This document shows positions 9,932-20,198 of a stretch of 64,000 bases of DNA, one piece after another (position 1 is the stretch's first letter; the number at the start of each line of letters is the position of its first letter). The notes beneath the pieces are model-generated. The model did no database searches and was not told the DNA's origin. It saw only the letters and a program-made list of their open reading frames with translations. The DNA is from Candidatus Woesearchaeota archaeon (GTDB taxonomy: Archaea > Nanobdellota > Nanobdellia > Woesearchaeales > 0-14-0-80-44-23), in NCBI GenBank assembly GCA_038874135.1, contig JAVZCZ010000001.1, positions 800,001-864,000 of the forward strand, given 5' to 3'. The position numbers and the translations under genes were made by a program.

Positions 9932-10717
9932 TCATATTGAGAATGAGTATGTGAAGCTTTTTCCAAGGTTTCCTTTTTCCTCTTTCAAATTTTTGTATGC
10001 TTCGTATATTTCTCTTCTCCTTTCCAGCACGAGTTTCATGACTCCCTCTTTGTGTCCAGCGCCTAGAACTGCGATGACTTTTTTTCCAGGATTTGACCTC
10101 ATTATTTCAACTATCCTGCTAGCCATTATCCGATTCCTGTCCTCAACGAGCACTTCATACAAGCTAGGGTACCTCTTCTTAATCTCTTCAACAGCCCTTT
10201 TTACAACTTCATCTTCAGGCACTTTTTCAAGGTCAAGCTGAACATCCTGAGCAATCATTCCGCGCTTAAACAAAATTCCACTAATTAAGTCCCAAGCCAT
10301 TCTGGAAGCCTCTCTAAGCGTGAATCTTCTGGAAAACTCTTTGAGTGTAATTTCAAGGTTTCTATCTATTAAGAAGATTGGAATTTCACGCCTTTTTGCT
10401 TCCATTATTGCAGCCTTCATATCCACGCCAGGAGTAGAGCCTATGCTTTCGCCCAAACGCTTTTGAATTATTCCTCCAATCTTAGCAAAGAGGTATCCCT
10501 TGAAGCCCAACTTTTTTGTATCTGAAAGAGATGGCCCTCTCTTTTCTTCCAGTACGCTCATTAACGCCTGCATCCTGTTTGAGTCCAGTTCTAATGCGCA
10601 GATTTCCGGAGAAAATTCTGAAAACTTGTCCCTTATTAGTTTAGAGGTTGAGGTTGCAATGTGAGAGGTTCCAACTATGAGCAACCTTTTTTTAACATAT
10701 TCTTCTGCCTCGTCCAT
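9932..10717 (-). CDS. TraB/PrgY/GumN family protein
   Basis: IVGTSH, ALELD…R, EDRNRIM, VLGAGH. Confidence 0.9.
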   Translation of the reverse strand: MDEAEEYVKKRLLIVGTSHIATSTSKLIRDKFSEFSPEICALELDSNRMQALMSVLEEKRGPSLSDTKKLGFKGYLFAKIGGIIQKRLGESIGSTPGVDMKAAIMEAKRREIPIFLIDRNLEITLKEFSRRFTLREASRMAWDLISGILFKRGMIAQDVQLDLEKVPEDEVVKRAVEEIKKRYPSLYEVLVEDRNRIMASRIVEIMRSNPGKKVIAVLGAGHKEGVMKLVLERRREIYEAYKNLKEEKGNLGKSFTYSFSI

Positions 10718-10818
10718 TAAAATGGCTTTTTATAGTGCTCATTATAAAGTTTATGCGCAAGATTTAAATAGTAGCAATTAAATAGTCAGCCCATCCAAAA
10801 ATATGGAGGGATAAGGCT

Positions 10819-11112
10819 ATGCTCAAGATGAAGAGGATAAGTGAGATGTATGGTATGAAGGTTTTTACTGATGCTGGCGACTATTTTGGAGATGTAGAAG
10901 AGGCTGTGCTTACCTCTTCCAAGATTTATGGGTGGAGAATAAGGGCAGGCAGGGAGTCATTCCTGGGAAAGATTTTGGGAGGAGGAGCTAAGGGTGTAAT
11001 TGTGCCTCACCACTTTGTTGAGAGTATAGGGGATGTTATGATTATAAGGAAGCTCGCAATACCCAGCTCTGCAACAGAAACAGCAGAGGAATCCCCGCGT
11101 GAAGAGGAGTAA
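10819..11112 (+). CDS. PRC-barrel domain protein
   Basis: GMKVFTDAGDYFGDVEE…VESIGDVMII. Confidence 0.88.
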   Translation: MLKMKRISEMYGMKVFTDAGDYFGDVEEAVLTSSKIYGWRIRAGRESFLGKILGGGAKGVIVPHHFVESIGDVMIIRKLAIPSSATETAEESPREEE

Positions 11113-11148
11113 TTTCTTCTTTTTACCCTGTTCTTCTGTTATCCGCTT

Positions 11149-11628
11149 ATGTCTAAGACGCTCAAATTTTTGAACACTAGAGATGCAAAGGAAGTATTAA
11201 ATATTGTGAAGGAGCAGTGGGGTGCTGATTTAATATCTGAAGGATTTCTTGATAAGTTTGCTCTCATGCAGGACTCAAATAACAACATATTCATAATTTC
11301 TAAAGGAGTCTCAGCGCTCAACAGTGTCAAGCATTTGAGAATTGACTCGGCAGGATTATACTTTGGAGAATTGAAAAATGGTAATCTCAGATTGAGTATT
11401 GAAGGTTCTCAAATTGTTGGCAGGCATGCTTCAAAGAACATAGTTAAACTTTCAAGAGAGGAATGTTCTGAATGGATGAAGGGCAACTCAATTAGAAAAG
11501 ACATCCCATCACACCAAGGGTACCTCATTGTTAAATACGAAAACTATTTTCTAGGCTGCGGCAGAATTAAGGACGGAATGCTCCTAAACTTTATCCCGAA
11601 GGTCAGGCGGGTTTCTGAGCCCTGGTAA
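11149..11628 (+). CDS. NIP7/RsmF C-terminal-like PUA-domain protein (ribosome biogenesis)
   Basis: GLYFGE…RLSIEGSQIVG…LGCG…LNFIPK. Confidence 0.75.
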   Translation: MSKTLKFLNTRDAKEVLNIVKEQWGADLISEGFLDKFALMQDSNNNIFIISKGVSALNSVKHLRIDSAGLYFGELKNGNLRLSIEGSQIVGRHASKNIVKLSREECSEWMKGNSIRKDIPSHQGYLIVKYENYFLGCGRIKDGMLLNFIPKVRRVSEPW

Positions 11629-12451
11629 GCTTATCTGCTTCTTCTAAAATTCTTAAAAGGTTCTCATACTTCAGGTTTTGTATCTTCTTATTGAGTATTC
11701 CCCTTCCAAGAGGGATTCTGCTAACTAGTATTCCAGCTTCCCTCTTTGTTATTTTAAGCATTTTTATGAAGATTTCACGAAGAGCATTCTTAACTAGCTT
11801 ATCCCGCTGCAGGTAAAGCTCTCTAAGAAGGTATCTCTGAAACATAAGCTCAGAGGAGAGTGCTTCTTCAATACTTATTGGCTCGCGCTTCCTCACACTT
11901 ACAAGTACGGTTCTGGCCTTTGGTGCCGGGCTGAATGATTCTGGAAGTATCTCCCTCACGAAGTTCATTCTTAAAAATGCGTCTGCAAAAAGCCCAAGCT
12001 TCGTATTCTTGGCAGCTATCCTATCTGAGAACCTCTTGGGAAGGAGCAATATGGCTTTTTCATATTCTCTTAGGAAGAGTTGGTGCATAAGCGGCTCACA
12101 AATTAGGAATGGCGTGCTGGATATTATTTTGTTGAAATTAATTTTGGATATCACCTTAATTGCATCGCCTAATATCGGCTCTACATAGTCTAAGTGTTGA
12201 ACTTCCTTTTTCAGGATTTCAAATGTTTTAGGTTCAATTTCAACTGCATAGACCTTTTTGCATTTTGGGATGTTCTTAGTAATTGTGCCTATGCCAGCTC
12301 CGACTTCAAAGATAATGTCTTCAGGCATGACTTCCAAGAGCGTTATTATTTCCATTATGTTGTCCCTATTGTTAAGAAAATGCTGATCCATTGACGGATC
12401 TGGACTGAAATGATACCTCTTAAAAATTATGTCCAGCTCATCTTCTTCCAT
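11603..12451 (-). CDS. ksgA: RsmA/KsgA-like rRNA adenine dimethyltransferase (divergent)
   Basis: DQHFL, EVGAGIG, AVEIE and SFSPAPK motifs; motif IV reads STPF. Confidence 0.75.
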   Translation of the reverse strand: MEEDELDIIFKRYHFSPDPSMDQHFLNNRDNIMEIITLLEVMPEDIIFEVGAGIGTITKNIPKCKKVYAVEIEPKTFEILKKEVQHLDYVEPILGDAIKVISKINFNKIISSTPFLICEPLMHQLFLREYEKAILLLPKRFSDRIAAKNTKLGLFADAFLRMNFVREILPESFSPAPKARTVLVSVRKREPISIEEALSSELMFQRYLLRELYLQRDKLVKNALREIFIKMLKITKREAGILVSRIPLGRGILNKKIQNLKYENLLRILEEADKLTRAQKPA

Positions 12452-12499
12452 GCACTCTCACTTTTGTTAGAGAATTTATAACTTTTTCTTTTTAGTAAT

Positions 12500-12904
12500 T
12501 CACGCTTCTCTTATTGTGACTAAAATCCTGGATTTCGGGCTTTTAAGATACTTCACAAGATCTCTTGACATTTGAGAAGCCGCCTTATCAGCCAATACGC
12601 CCAGCGTCCTTTCTGATTCATAGTCACTTTTTCTTATTACAATCTCCCGGTCAGAGCTAAAACTTTTATTCAGCACTGCTCTAATAGTTTCTCTGATGCC
12701 GTTTCCGCATATTTCAATTTCAATCATATGCGATTTTACCATTTTAATGAACTCTTGGATGGCTTCTGGAGAAAAATCAGCGCTGACACCAAGAATGCAG
12801 TCTCCATTCTTAGTTAATTCAGAGTCCTTAGTAAATTCTATTGTTTTTTTATGAGTGGCAAGTATGTTTTTATGTCCAAAGGCGTTAAAACTGACCTGCG
12901 CCAT
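12500..12904 (-). CDS. DUF371 family protein
   Basis: GHKNILATHKKTIEFTKD…GDCILGV…IVIRKS; start set at MAQV. Confidence 0.88.
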   Translation of the reverse strand: MAQVSFNAFGHKNILATHKKTIEFTKDSELTKNGDCILGVSADFSPEAIQEFIKMVKSHMIEIEICGNGIRETIRAVLNKSFSSDREIVIRKSDYESERTLGVLADKAASQMSRDLVKYLKSPKSRILVTIREA

Positions 12905-12914
12905 TTCAAAATTC

Positions 12915-13148
12915 CTACTGCAAAACTTCGTCAATGGGCTTCTTCTTCTCTTCTTTCTTCTGTTCAGACTGCTTCTGCCCAAGCTCAACTCCCAAATCTT
13001 TCAAAGACTTAAGATGCATCTGCATAAGCTGTTCAACTATTGAGAGGGTCTTCAAAAATTCTTCCCTTTCCTTGGCAAGAGTAGCCAAAGCCCCCTTATG
13101 GAATCCAATTTGTTCTTCTCTGCTCATTTCGCCCTTCTTCTCAGCCAT
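12915..13148 (-). CDS. Small coiled-coil hypothetical protein
   Basis: QIGFHKGALATLAKEREE…; operonic between aIF5B and DUF371. Confidence 0.75.
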   Translation of the reverse strand: MAEKKGEMSREEQIGFHKGALATLAKEREEFLKTLSIVEQLMQMHLKSLKDLGVELGQKQSEQKKEEKKKPIDEVLQ

Positions 13149-13153
13149 TTTTC

Positions 13154-14950
13154 TCACACTCCCCATAATTTATTCTCTTTTCTCATCTCCAGAGCAATTT
13201 CTCTCAGAGCCTCAACCTCATCTTCCCTTAAGTATTCCTTATAATTTTTTATCTTTACAAAATCGCTTTCAGGCATAAATGAATATAAAACATCTCCAGG
13301 ATTGAGCTGTCTTCCTATAGTAACACCTTCCAGGCTAACTGCTACTTGTTTGCCCTTAACCGCAGCAGGTATGCTCTGATTTTCCTCCTGTATTGTTTTT
13401 ACTACTGTAACCTTTTTGCCATCCTTCATCAGAGGGGTTTCGGGCTTCAGAGTGCCTAACAGCACTTCAACTCCAACAATTGCCGGATTGCTCTTCCTAA
13501 ATATGAAGTTTGGAAGTATCTGAATCTTGCACGGAGAGGTTATTGAACTCAGAGCAGCTCTTTCCAACTCTTCCTTTCTGGCATCTCTCCACCTTTCAAA
13601 CTCGTCAAGTAGATTATATATTATGTTAGAAGTGATTATCTTAACCTTTGAAGAGTTCAAATACTCTTTAGCCTCCTTGTTAGGTGAGGATTCAAATGCA
13701 ACTATCACTGCATTAAGCGGTTCCCTCTCCAAAGATGCCTCTGCATCTATAACATCGCTTTTAGTAATTGCTCCGAGCCCAACCTTTCTTATCTTTATCC
13801 CGCTGTTCTTAAAGAGGGTTACAACAGCTTCTAATGCTCCCAAATTTGCAGCCTTAACTATTATCCCTTCCTCCTCTGTTTCTATGAATATCTTTTTTAT
13901 ATCCCCCTGAACTTCATCTGATACTATACTTATCTCATTTTCCTTCCTGCATCCTAAAAAGGGCATTCCTGCAAGCATGCCTTCTGTTTCAGAACATTTG
14001 AGGCAAACTGAGGTAGCAGCAACAGCTTCCTCAACCTGCACAAGTTCATACCTTTTATCCTTTCTCGTAGGAGCCTTCTTTTCAAATATAGCTCTCACCT
14101 TAGCAGAAATGGGTCTCTCAACTCCCCCTACAACTATGAAATCTCCTTTTCTTAGAGTTCCATCATAAATTACTGCTTCAACAGTGCTTCCAAGGCCGGG
14201 TTCTTCCTTAACTTCTAAGATTGAGCCTTTAGCGTTTCCCTCAGCAGTGCAGTGAAGTCCTGAGCTTAGATATCTCTGCACAAGCCCCACTATCAAGCTT
14301 AGCAGTTCGGGAATTCCCTCGCCCGTTTTAGCAGAAACTGGAACTATTGCAATCTGTCTTGTAAAGTCCTCAACCCTGTCAAAACGTTCAGAAGCAAAGC
14401 CCATTGCGTACAATCTTTCCACTATGGTGTATATTCTCTGGTCTAGCAGCGCCTGCGTTTCACTACCCTGTTTTGAAATATTTTGTATGAGAAGCTCTTT
14501 AGGCATCGGTTCCCATCCAGGCACCATGTCAATCTTGTTTGCGGCAACTATGAACGGCGTCTTATTTGCTTTGAGAATGCCTATTACTTCCTCTGTTTGC
14601 GGCATGAACCCTTCATTTACATCCACAACTACAACTGCAAAGTCAGCTATTGAGCCGCCCCTCTTTCTCAGGCTAACAAAGGCAGAGTGTCCCGGAGTGT
14701 CTATAAATAGTATCCCGGGAAGGTTGAAATTAATCTTTGACTTGCAAAGTATTGGCTCGCAGATGCTCTTTATGTTCTCTATAGGGATTAAATACGCATT
14801 TATGCTCTGTGTAATCTGGCCTGCTTCGGTCTTAGTTATTGAGCTGCCCATAATTCTGTCTAGCAGGGAAGACTTTCCATGGTCTACATGCCCTTCAAAT
14901 ACGCATATTGGGCTTCTGAGCCTCTTGTTGCTTGGGCACTGCTCTTCCAT
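13154..14950 (-). CDS. infB: Translation initiation factor aIF5B (IF-2)
   Basis: LRSPI…GHVDHGKS, DTPGH, NKID, FRKSNPAIVG. Confidence 0.96.
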   Translation of the reverse strand: MEEQCPSNKRLRSPICVFEGHVDHGKSSLLDRIMGSSITKTEAGQITQSINAYLIPIENIKSICEPILCKSKINFNLPGILFIDTPGHSAFVSLRKRGGSIADFAVVVVDVNEGFMPQTEEVIGILKANKTPFIVAANKIDMVPGWEPMPKELLIQNISKQGSETQALLDQRIYTIVERLYAMGFASERFDRVEDFTRQIAIVPVSAKTGEGIPELLSLIVGLVQRYLSSGLHCTAEGNAKGSILEVKEEPGLGSTVEAVIYDGTLRKGDFIVVGGVERPISAKVRAIFEKKAPTRKDKRYELVQVEEAVAATSVCLKCSETEGMLAGMPFLGCRKENEISIVSDEVQGDIKKIFIETEEEGIIVKAANLGALEAVVTLFKNSGIKIRKVGLGAITKSDVIDAEASLEREPLNAVIVAFESSPNKEAKEYLNSSKVKIITSNIIYNLLDEFERWRDARKEELERAALSSITSPCKIQILPNFIFRKSNPAIVGVEVLLGTLKPETPLMKDGKKVTVVKTIQEENQSIPAAVKGKQVAVSLEGVTIGRQLNPGDVLYSFMPESDFVKIKNYKEYLREDEVEALREIALEMRKENKLWGV

Positions 14951-14983
14951 GCATAAGAGAAATTTTGAGGTGCTTTTAAATCT

Positions 14984-15298
14984 TTACAAAATTTCAGAGC
15001 AGAGCCATCTGTAATATTCTTTATTTGCCTCAGCTTCCATTTTGAGAATGCAGGGAACATCGTATGGGTGAACCTTTTCAATTTCTCTTTTGACACTATT
15101 AAAATTGCTGGCTCTTGTTTTTAATATCAGTGCATATTCCCTTGCGCGCTCAACTCTTCCATTCCACTTATAGATACTGTCTATTCTGAACATATTTGCG
15201 CAGGCGACCAGCTTCTTACTAATTAGCAGCTCAGCTATCTCCTCTGCATTTTTCTTGCTCGGACAGGTAGTGTATGCTAGCACTATATTTTTTCCCAC
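14984..15298 (-). CDS. cutA: Divalent-cation tolerance protein CutA
   Basis: LVACAN…SIYKWNG…HPYDVPCI. Confidence 0.93.
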   Translation of the reverse strand: MGKNIVLAYTTCPSKKNAEEIAELLISKKLVACANMFRIDSIYKWNGRVERAREYALILKTRASNFNSVKREIEKVHPYDVPCILKMEAEANKEYYRWLCSEIL

Positions 15299-15711
15299 TC
15301 TTCAACACCCCCTGGAACTATTTTAAAAACTGGATTTTGCAGTATTCTTCTCTTCTTCTTTAGTTTAATAAAATCTTCTGGACTTCTTCTTTCTAGCTTT
15401 CTGAGCAGGTGTTCATATTCAAATTCTAACTGCCCTCTTTTTGTTTTTATCATTCCTCTTCTTCTTATAATCCTTACCTTTGACCTGTTGAAGAGATAAC
15501 CTCTTCTCCTGCCTTCCATCCACACCTCAGTTAAGTACGCATCAATTGCTATGAGAGGATTTTCTGAATTTTTGAAACGCAAGAGTTGCGGGTGACTTCT
15601 ATACCCTTTTGTTCGTCCCGAAAGGACTTTCTTGGCGAGAAGGCCCTCCCTCCAGAGTGCAACTAAACCCTTCTGATCTAAGTATTTCGGGTGAAGTGTC
15701 CAGAGCCGCAT
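15283..15711 (-). CDS. Pyrimidine-dimer DNA glycosylase (T4 endonuclease V-like) family
   Basis: MRLWTLHPKYLDQKGLVALWREGLLA…GYRSHPQL. Confidence 0.88.
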   Translation of the reverse strand: MRLWTLHPKYLDQKGLVALWREGLLAKKVLSGRTKGYRSHPQLLRFKNSENPLIAIDAYLTEVWMEGRRRGYLFNRSKVRIIRRRGMIKTKRGQLEFEYEHLLRKLERRSPEDFIKLKKKRRILQNPVFKIVPGGVEEWEKI

Positions 15712-15714
15712 TTT

Positions 15715-16212
15715 TCAGTTTAGCAACACTATGAAATAGTTAAGTATTAAAGCGAAGCTCACCCAGAGCAGATATGGGACTAGTAGTAATGCTGCTGTTT
15801 TTGAAGATTTTCTGAAAACGAAGATGTTTATAACTATCATAATCCAGAGGGCAAAAATATCAATTAGGGCAATGGCAGGCTTTCTTAATCCGAAGAATAA
15901 GAATGACCACATCAGATTTAATGCCAGCTGTCCAAAATATGCTGCCAGAGCAATCCTGCTTAGCTCATTCCTTTCCCACAATAAATAAAATGAGATTCCC
16001 ATCATTATGAACAAGGCGATCCACACTGGTGCGAACACCCAATTTGGAGGATTAAAAGACGGCTTGTTAATGCTGAGATACCAGGATTTTAATGAAGAGG
16101 ATGTCATGAGCGAGCCGAGCAGTCCTACAAGCAGAGGTATTGCCAGGGAGATTGCCAACCTTACAGTCCAGCCTAATCTTTCTGTTTTCTTTTTCATTCT
16201 TCCAAACCTCAA
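15715..16212 (-). CDS. tspO: TspO/MBR family protein
   Basis: WYLSINKPSFNPPNWVFAPVW…LLVPYLLWVSFA. Confidence 0.94.
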   Translation of the reverse strand: MRFGRMKKKTERLGWTVRLAISLAIPLLVGLLGSLMTSSSLKSWYLSINKPSFNPPNWVFAPVWIALFIMMGISFYLLWERNELSRIALAAYFGQLALNLMWSFLFFGLRKPAIALIDIFALWIMIVINIFVFRKSSKTAALLLVPYLLWVSFALILNYFIVLLN

Positions 16213-16243
16213 ATAATAATTGGAATAGCAATTATAAATATCT

Positions 16244-17425
16244 TTACATTATATCTTCCTTTACAATCTCTCCAGGCAGCGTGGTCTTATCATTCCAAAT
16301 CTTCCTTCCAGGATAAATGGAAGTGTTTATGCCCGTGTGCACATTGTCCCCTATTATCGTCCCAAACTTTCTTCGGCCAGTATCTATGAGAATTCCCTTC
16401 ACCATTGATTTTATGTTGCCGTTGTCATGTCTGAGATTAGCAGTTATGTTTCCAGCTCCAATATTCACATTGTAACCCAGCACAGAGTCTCCAATATATG
16501 AGAGGTGTGCAACATTAGTGTTGTCAAATATTACAGAATTCTTTATCTCCACTGCATTTCCGATATGGCAGTTGTTACCAATGGTAGTGGAAGCTCTTAT
16601 GTAGCAGTTGGGTCCAATCCTGCAGTTCTCTCCTATCAGGACGGGGCCTTCAATATATGCGCCGCTCTTTACTATGCTTCCTCTTCCTACATGCACTTCG
16701 CCCTTTAAAGTTGCTCCTGGCTCGACAGTTCCCTCAATTTTACCCTTAAGAGAAGAGAGAGCCTTCTCATTTGCTTCTATTATGCTCCAGGGGTATGTTA
16801 TTGGAGTCCAATTGGATGCCTTGACGATTTTCACTCTTTCTTTCAGAGAGAGTTGTGTCACCATTTGAGTAAGCTCAAGCTCTCCCCTTTCAGACATTCT
16901 CTCTTCTTCGTTGAATATTCTTTCATTTAGGATGTAGCATCCGCAGTTTGCAAGATTTGAAGGCGGCTGCTTTGGCTTTTCCAAGATTCCTTTCAAAAAT
17001 CCCTCCTCTTCTATTATGACTCCAAATTCCTGAGGATTCTTAACCTCTGAAGCAAGGATTGTCAGCCCATCTTGAGCGCAGAGTCTTCTAATATCTTCCC
17101 TGTCATACAAGTCGTCTCCCATCAAAACGAGAAACCTTCCCCTGATTAGTTCCTTAGCGGTACCGAGTGCGTTTCCAGTGCCCAGCTGCTCCTTCTGTTC
17201 AGCATACCTTATAGGAATTCCTTTATACTCATTTCCTAGAAGGCTAATTATCATTTCCTTCTTGTAGCCAACAACTATTATGAATTCTGAGACAAATTCT
17301 GAGAGGGCATCTAAGGTGTGAAATATTATCTCTTTGTTGGCAACCTTCAGCATTGATTTAGGCCTCGTGGTTGTCAAAGGGTATGTCCTTGTGGAGTTTC
17401 CAGCTGCTAATATTACCGCTTGCAT
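16244..17425 (-). CDS. glmU: Bifunctional sugar-1-phosphate nucleotidyltransferase/acetyltransferase (archaeal GlmU)
   Basis: ILAAG…R…PK N-terminal domain plus hexapeptide repeats; HLSYIGDS. Confidence 0.88.
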   Translation of the reverse strand: MQAVILAAGNSTRTYPLTTTRPKSMLKVANKEIIFHTLDALSEFVSEFIIVVGYKKEMIISLLGNEYKGIPIRYAEQKEQLGTGNALGTAKELIRGRFLVLMGDDLYDREDIRRLCAQDGLTILASEVKNPQEFGVIIEEEGFLKGILEKPKQPPSNLANCGCYILNERIFNEEERMSERGELELTQMVTQLSLKERVKIVKASNWTPITYPWSIIEANEKALSSLKGKIEGTVEPGATLKGEVHVGRGSIVKSGAYIEGPVLIGENCRIGPNCYIRASTTIGNNCHIGNAVEIKNSVIFDNTNVAHLSYIGDSVLGYNVNIGAGNITANLRHDNGNIKSMVKGILIDTGRRKFGTIIGDNVHTGINTSIYPGRKIWNDKTTLPGEIVKEDIM

Positions 17426-18771
17426 TTTATTCCAACCTCCCTTCTTGCAGCTTCTGCAATGCTGCTTGCAATTCGCTCTATCTCAGCTTCACTTTTCCCC
17501 TCAACCATTATCCTCATGAGATTTTCTGTTCCAGAATACCTTACCAGGATTCTTCCGTCTGGTTTAATGACCTTTTCAAAACTTTTGATTAGGCGCATAA
17601 GCCTAGGCATCTTTTCCAGCGGCTTTTTCTCTCTCACTTCAACATTCACAAGAGTTTGAGGCAGCTTTATTATGCACTTTTTTAGTTCTGAAAGCTTCTT
17701 TCCAGTTATTCTCATTGTTCTAAGCACCTGCAGGGCGGCTATTGTTCCGTCCCCAGTCGTGGAAGCATCCATAAGTATTATGTGCCCCGACTGCTCCCCG
17801 CCAAAATTCAGGTTTTTCCTTCTAAGCATATCCACAACATACCTGTCCCCTACATCTGTTCTTAACACTCTTATGCCGTGTTCCCTCATAGCGATTTCAA
17901 GGCCCATGTTGCTCATAGTTGTGGCAACTATGGCGTCATCCTTTAGGCGCCCCTCCCTCTTGAGCTGTAATGCCAGGATTGCCATCACCTCATCACCATC
18001 AACTAACTCGCCGTTTTCATCACACATTATTAGCCTGTCCGCATCTCCGTCCAGTGCTATGCCTACATCTGCTGCTTCTTCTCTTACACGCTGTATCATA
18101 CCTTCAGGGTAGAGGGCTCCGCAGTTCTGGTTTATGTTAAGTCCATTAGGCTGGTTGTTCAGCACTACGACATCTGCGCCGAGCTCAGATAATATTGCTG
18201 GGGAAATCTTATAGGCAGCACCGTTTGCGCAGTCCAGCACGATTTTTAAACCCTTCAAGGAGATGTTATTGGCTGAGGCCTTTGCAAATTCAATATACCT
18301 GCCAGCGGCGTCATCAATTCTGAAAGCCCTTCCAATCCTTTCTCCAGTTACACCAGAGCTTACACCACCTTTTAGGGCAATCTCTTCTATCCTGTGCTCC
18401 TCCCAGTCGGCAAGTTTGAAGCCATCTCTTGAAAAGAATTTGATTCCGTTATGCTCCGCAGGATTATGAGATGCAGAAACTACGATTCCAGCGTCTGCAG
18501 AAAAACTTCGCACCAGATGGGCAACTGCAGGAGTTGGCATTGGGCCTACGAGGAGCACGTCAGCTCCTGCGGAGCATAGTCCAGATGTCAGGGCGTATTC
18601 TATCATGTAGCCTGAGCGCCTAGTGTCCTTTCCGATTACTATCCTGCTCTTTTTTGAGTAGTTCTTAAAAAATAATCCAGCTGCCCTTCCCACCTTGAGA
18701 GCAATCTCTGGAGTCATAGGGTATGTGTTGGCTATTCCCCTTATGCCGTCAGTTCCGAAGAGCTTTTTCAT
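17413..18771 (-). CDS. glmM: Phosphoglucosamine mutase
   Basis: LFGTDGIRG, SASHNP, DGDADR, GGEQSGH, RYSGTE; ATGA overlap with the HAD gene. Confidence 0.94.
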   Translation of the reverse strand: MKKLFGTDGIRGIANTYPMTPEIALKVGRAAGLFFKNYSKKSRIVIGKDTRRSGYMIEYALTSGLCSAGADVLLVGPMPTPAVAHLVRSFSADAGIVVSASHNPAEHNGIKFFSRDGFKLADWEEHRIEEIALKGGVSSGVTGERIGRAFRIDDAAGRYIEFAKASANNISLKGLKIVLDCANGAAYKISPAILSELGADVVVLNNQPNGLNINQNCGALYPEGMIQRVREEAADVGIALDGDADRLIMCDENGELVDGDEVMAILALQLKREGRLKDDAIVATTMSNMGLEIAMREHGIRVLRTDVGDRYVVDMLRRKNLNFGGEQSGHIILMDASTTGDGTIAALQVLRTMRITGKKLSELKKCIIKLPQTLVNVEVREKKPLEKMPRLMRLIKSFEKVIKPDGRILVRYSGTENLMRIMVEGKSEAEIERIASSIAEAARREVGIKCKR

Positions 18772-19475
18772 TTTAACCACGCTTTTAATGTTTTCCATTC
18801 TAACTTTGAGCGATTTCTAACTATGAGGTCTGCTTCGGAGAAGTTATGGCTTCTGCTAAGGCTGTTTGGAACTGCTATGCATGACATTCCCGCCCTTTTT
18901 GCAGCTATAACCCCAGTTTCAGAATCTTCAAAAACAAGGATTTCGCTTCCTTTTAGGCCTAAACGCTTTGCGCATTTAAGATAAGTTTCAGGATGCGGCT
19001 TTCTCTTCTTTACATCGTCTGCTGTTATTATGCACTTAAACTTTCCGTAAAGTCCTACTTTTTTGAGAAATTTTGTAGTTAACTCAGAATTGGTTCCAGT
19101 GGCAATTCCTAGAATTATTTTTTTTCTTTTCAGTACGCTTATAAGTTTTTTCAGATGAGGGTCCGGGCGAAGTTTAAATCTTTTCAACATCTCTACTGCT
19201 ATTAAGCGTCTCTCTCTAGAGAGTTCTTCCTCGTCTTTTGAGATTCCAACCTCAGCGACCTTCTTTTTTAGAAGCTCTCCTTCGTATCTGCCAACCCAAG
19301 CAATGTACTCTTTTAGAGTTAAATCAGAGCCGTAGCGCCTTAGCAGCTTTCTTGCAGAGTAGAACCAAAGCTTCTCGCTATTGAGAAGCGTTCCATCCAT
19401 ATCAAAGATGACTGCCCTTATTCTCCCGCTGTTTTTTTCTTGAATATTTTTAAGCTTGTTGGATTTCAAAACCAT
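18768..19475 (-). CDS. HAD-family phosphatase (beta-PGM/CbbY-like)
   Basis: FDMDGTL, KPHP, FEDS…G..AA..AGM. Confidence 0.9.
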   Translation of the reverse strand: MVLKSNKLKNIQEKNSGRIRAVIFDMDGTLLNSEKLWFYSARKLLRRYGSDLTLKEYIAWVGRYEGELLKKKVAEVGISKDEEELSRERRLIAVEMLKRFKLRPDPHLKKLISVLKRKKIILGIATGTNSELTTKFLKKVGLYGKFKCIITADDVKKRKPHPETYLKCAKRLGLKGSEILVFEDSETGVIAAKRAGMSCIAVPNSLSRSHNFSEADLIVRNRSKLEWKTLKAWLK

Positions 19476-19598
19476 GATAGCTAGGGTAAATTTGAATTCA
19501 TATTTAAGTATTATTAAAAAAATTATAATACCATTATAAAAAAATTTATAATATTTTTTTGCGATAAAAATAAATGCTGCAAATAAAACACACCATGC

Positions 19599-20189
19599 AT
19601 GAAGCCGGAGTCAAGAATTTTAGGAATAGATGACGGCCCATTCAACAAGTTTTCAGGTTGTAAGAGGGCTTTAGTGGTGGGAGCACTATTTAGGGGCTGC
19701 CACTTTCTGGACGGGGTACTATCCACTACAGCAGAAGTAGATGGTCTTGACGCAACTGCTAACATAATAAACATGATAAAGCGCTCACGATTCTATGCTC
19801 AGATTCGTATAATCCTTTTTAAAGGGATAGCAGTTGGCGGTTTTAACATTTTAGACATAAAAGAGATACACAGGAAAACAAGAATACCGGTGATAATTTT
19901 TATGAGAAGGCTTCCCGATCTTGAAAAGATTAAGGGAGCACTTTCCAATCTGCCCCTCTCAGAAAAAAGATGGCTACTAATAAGAAAAGCGGGAAGGATT
20001 TACACAATAAGAATATTCCACAGGGACTCTGAAAAGCAGGCGTATCTTCAACTTGCAGGCATCAAGCTTTGCGAGGCAGAACCGATAATAAGAGCGAGCT
20101 GCACCCACTCAGCAATTCCCGAACCGCTTAGGATCGCACACATAATCGCATCCGGAATCATTAAGGGAGAAAGTAGGGGTAAGGCATAA
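19599..20189 (+). CDS. DUF99 family (endonuclease V-like) protein
   Basis: ILGIDDGPF, VDGLDAT, GGFNI, PEPLRIAHIIA. Confidence 0.9.
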   Translation: MKPESRILGIDDGPFNKFSGCKRALVVGALFRGCHFLDGVLSTTAEVDGLDATANIINMIKRSRFYAQIRIILFKGIAVGGFNILDIKEIHRKTRIPVIIFMRRLPDLEKIKGALSNLPLSEKRWLLIRKAGRIYTIRIFHRDSEKQAYLQLAGIKLCEAEPIIRASCTHSAIPEPLRIAHIIASGIIKGESRGKA

Positions 20190-20198
20190 ATTTATTAA

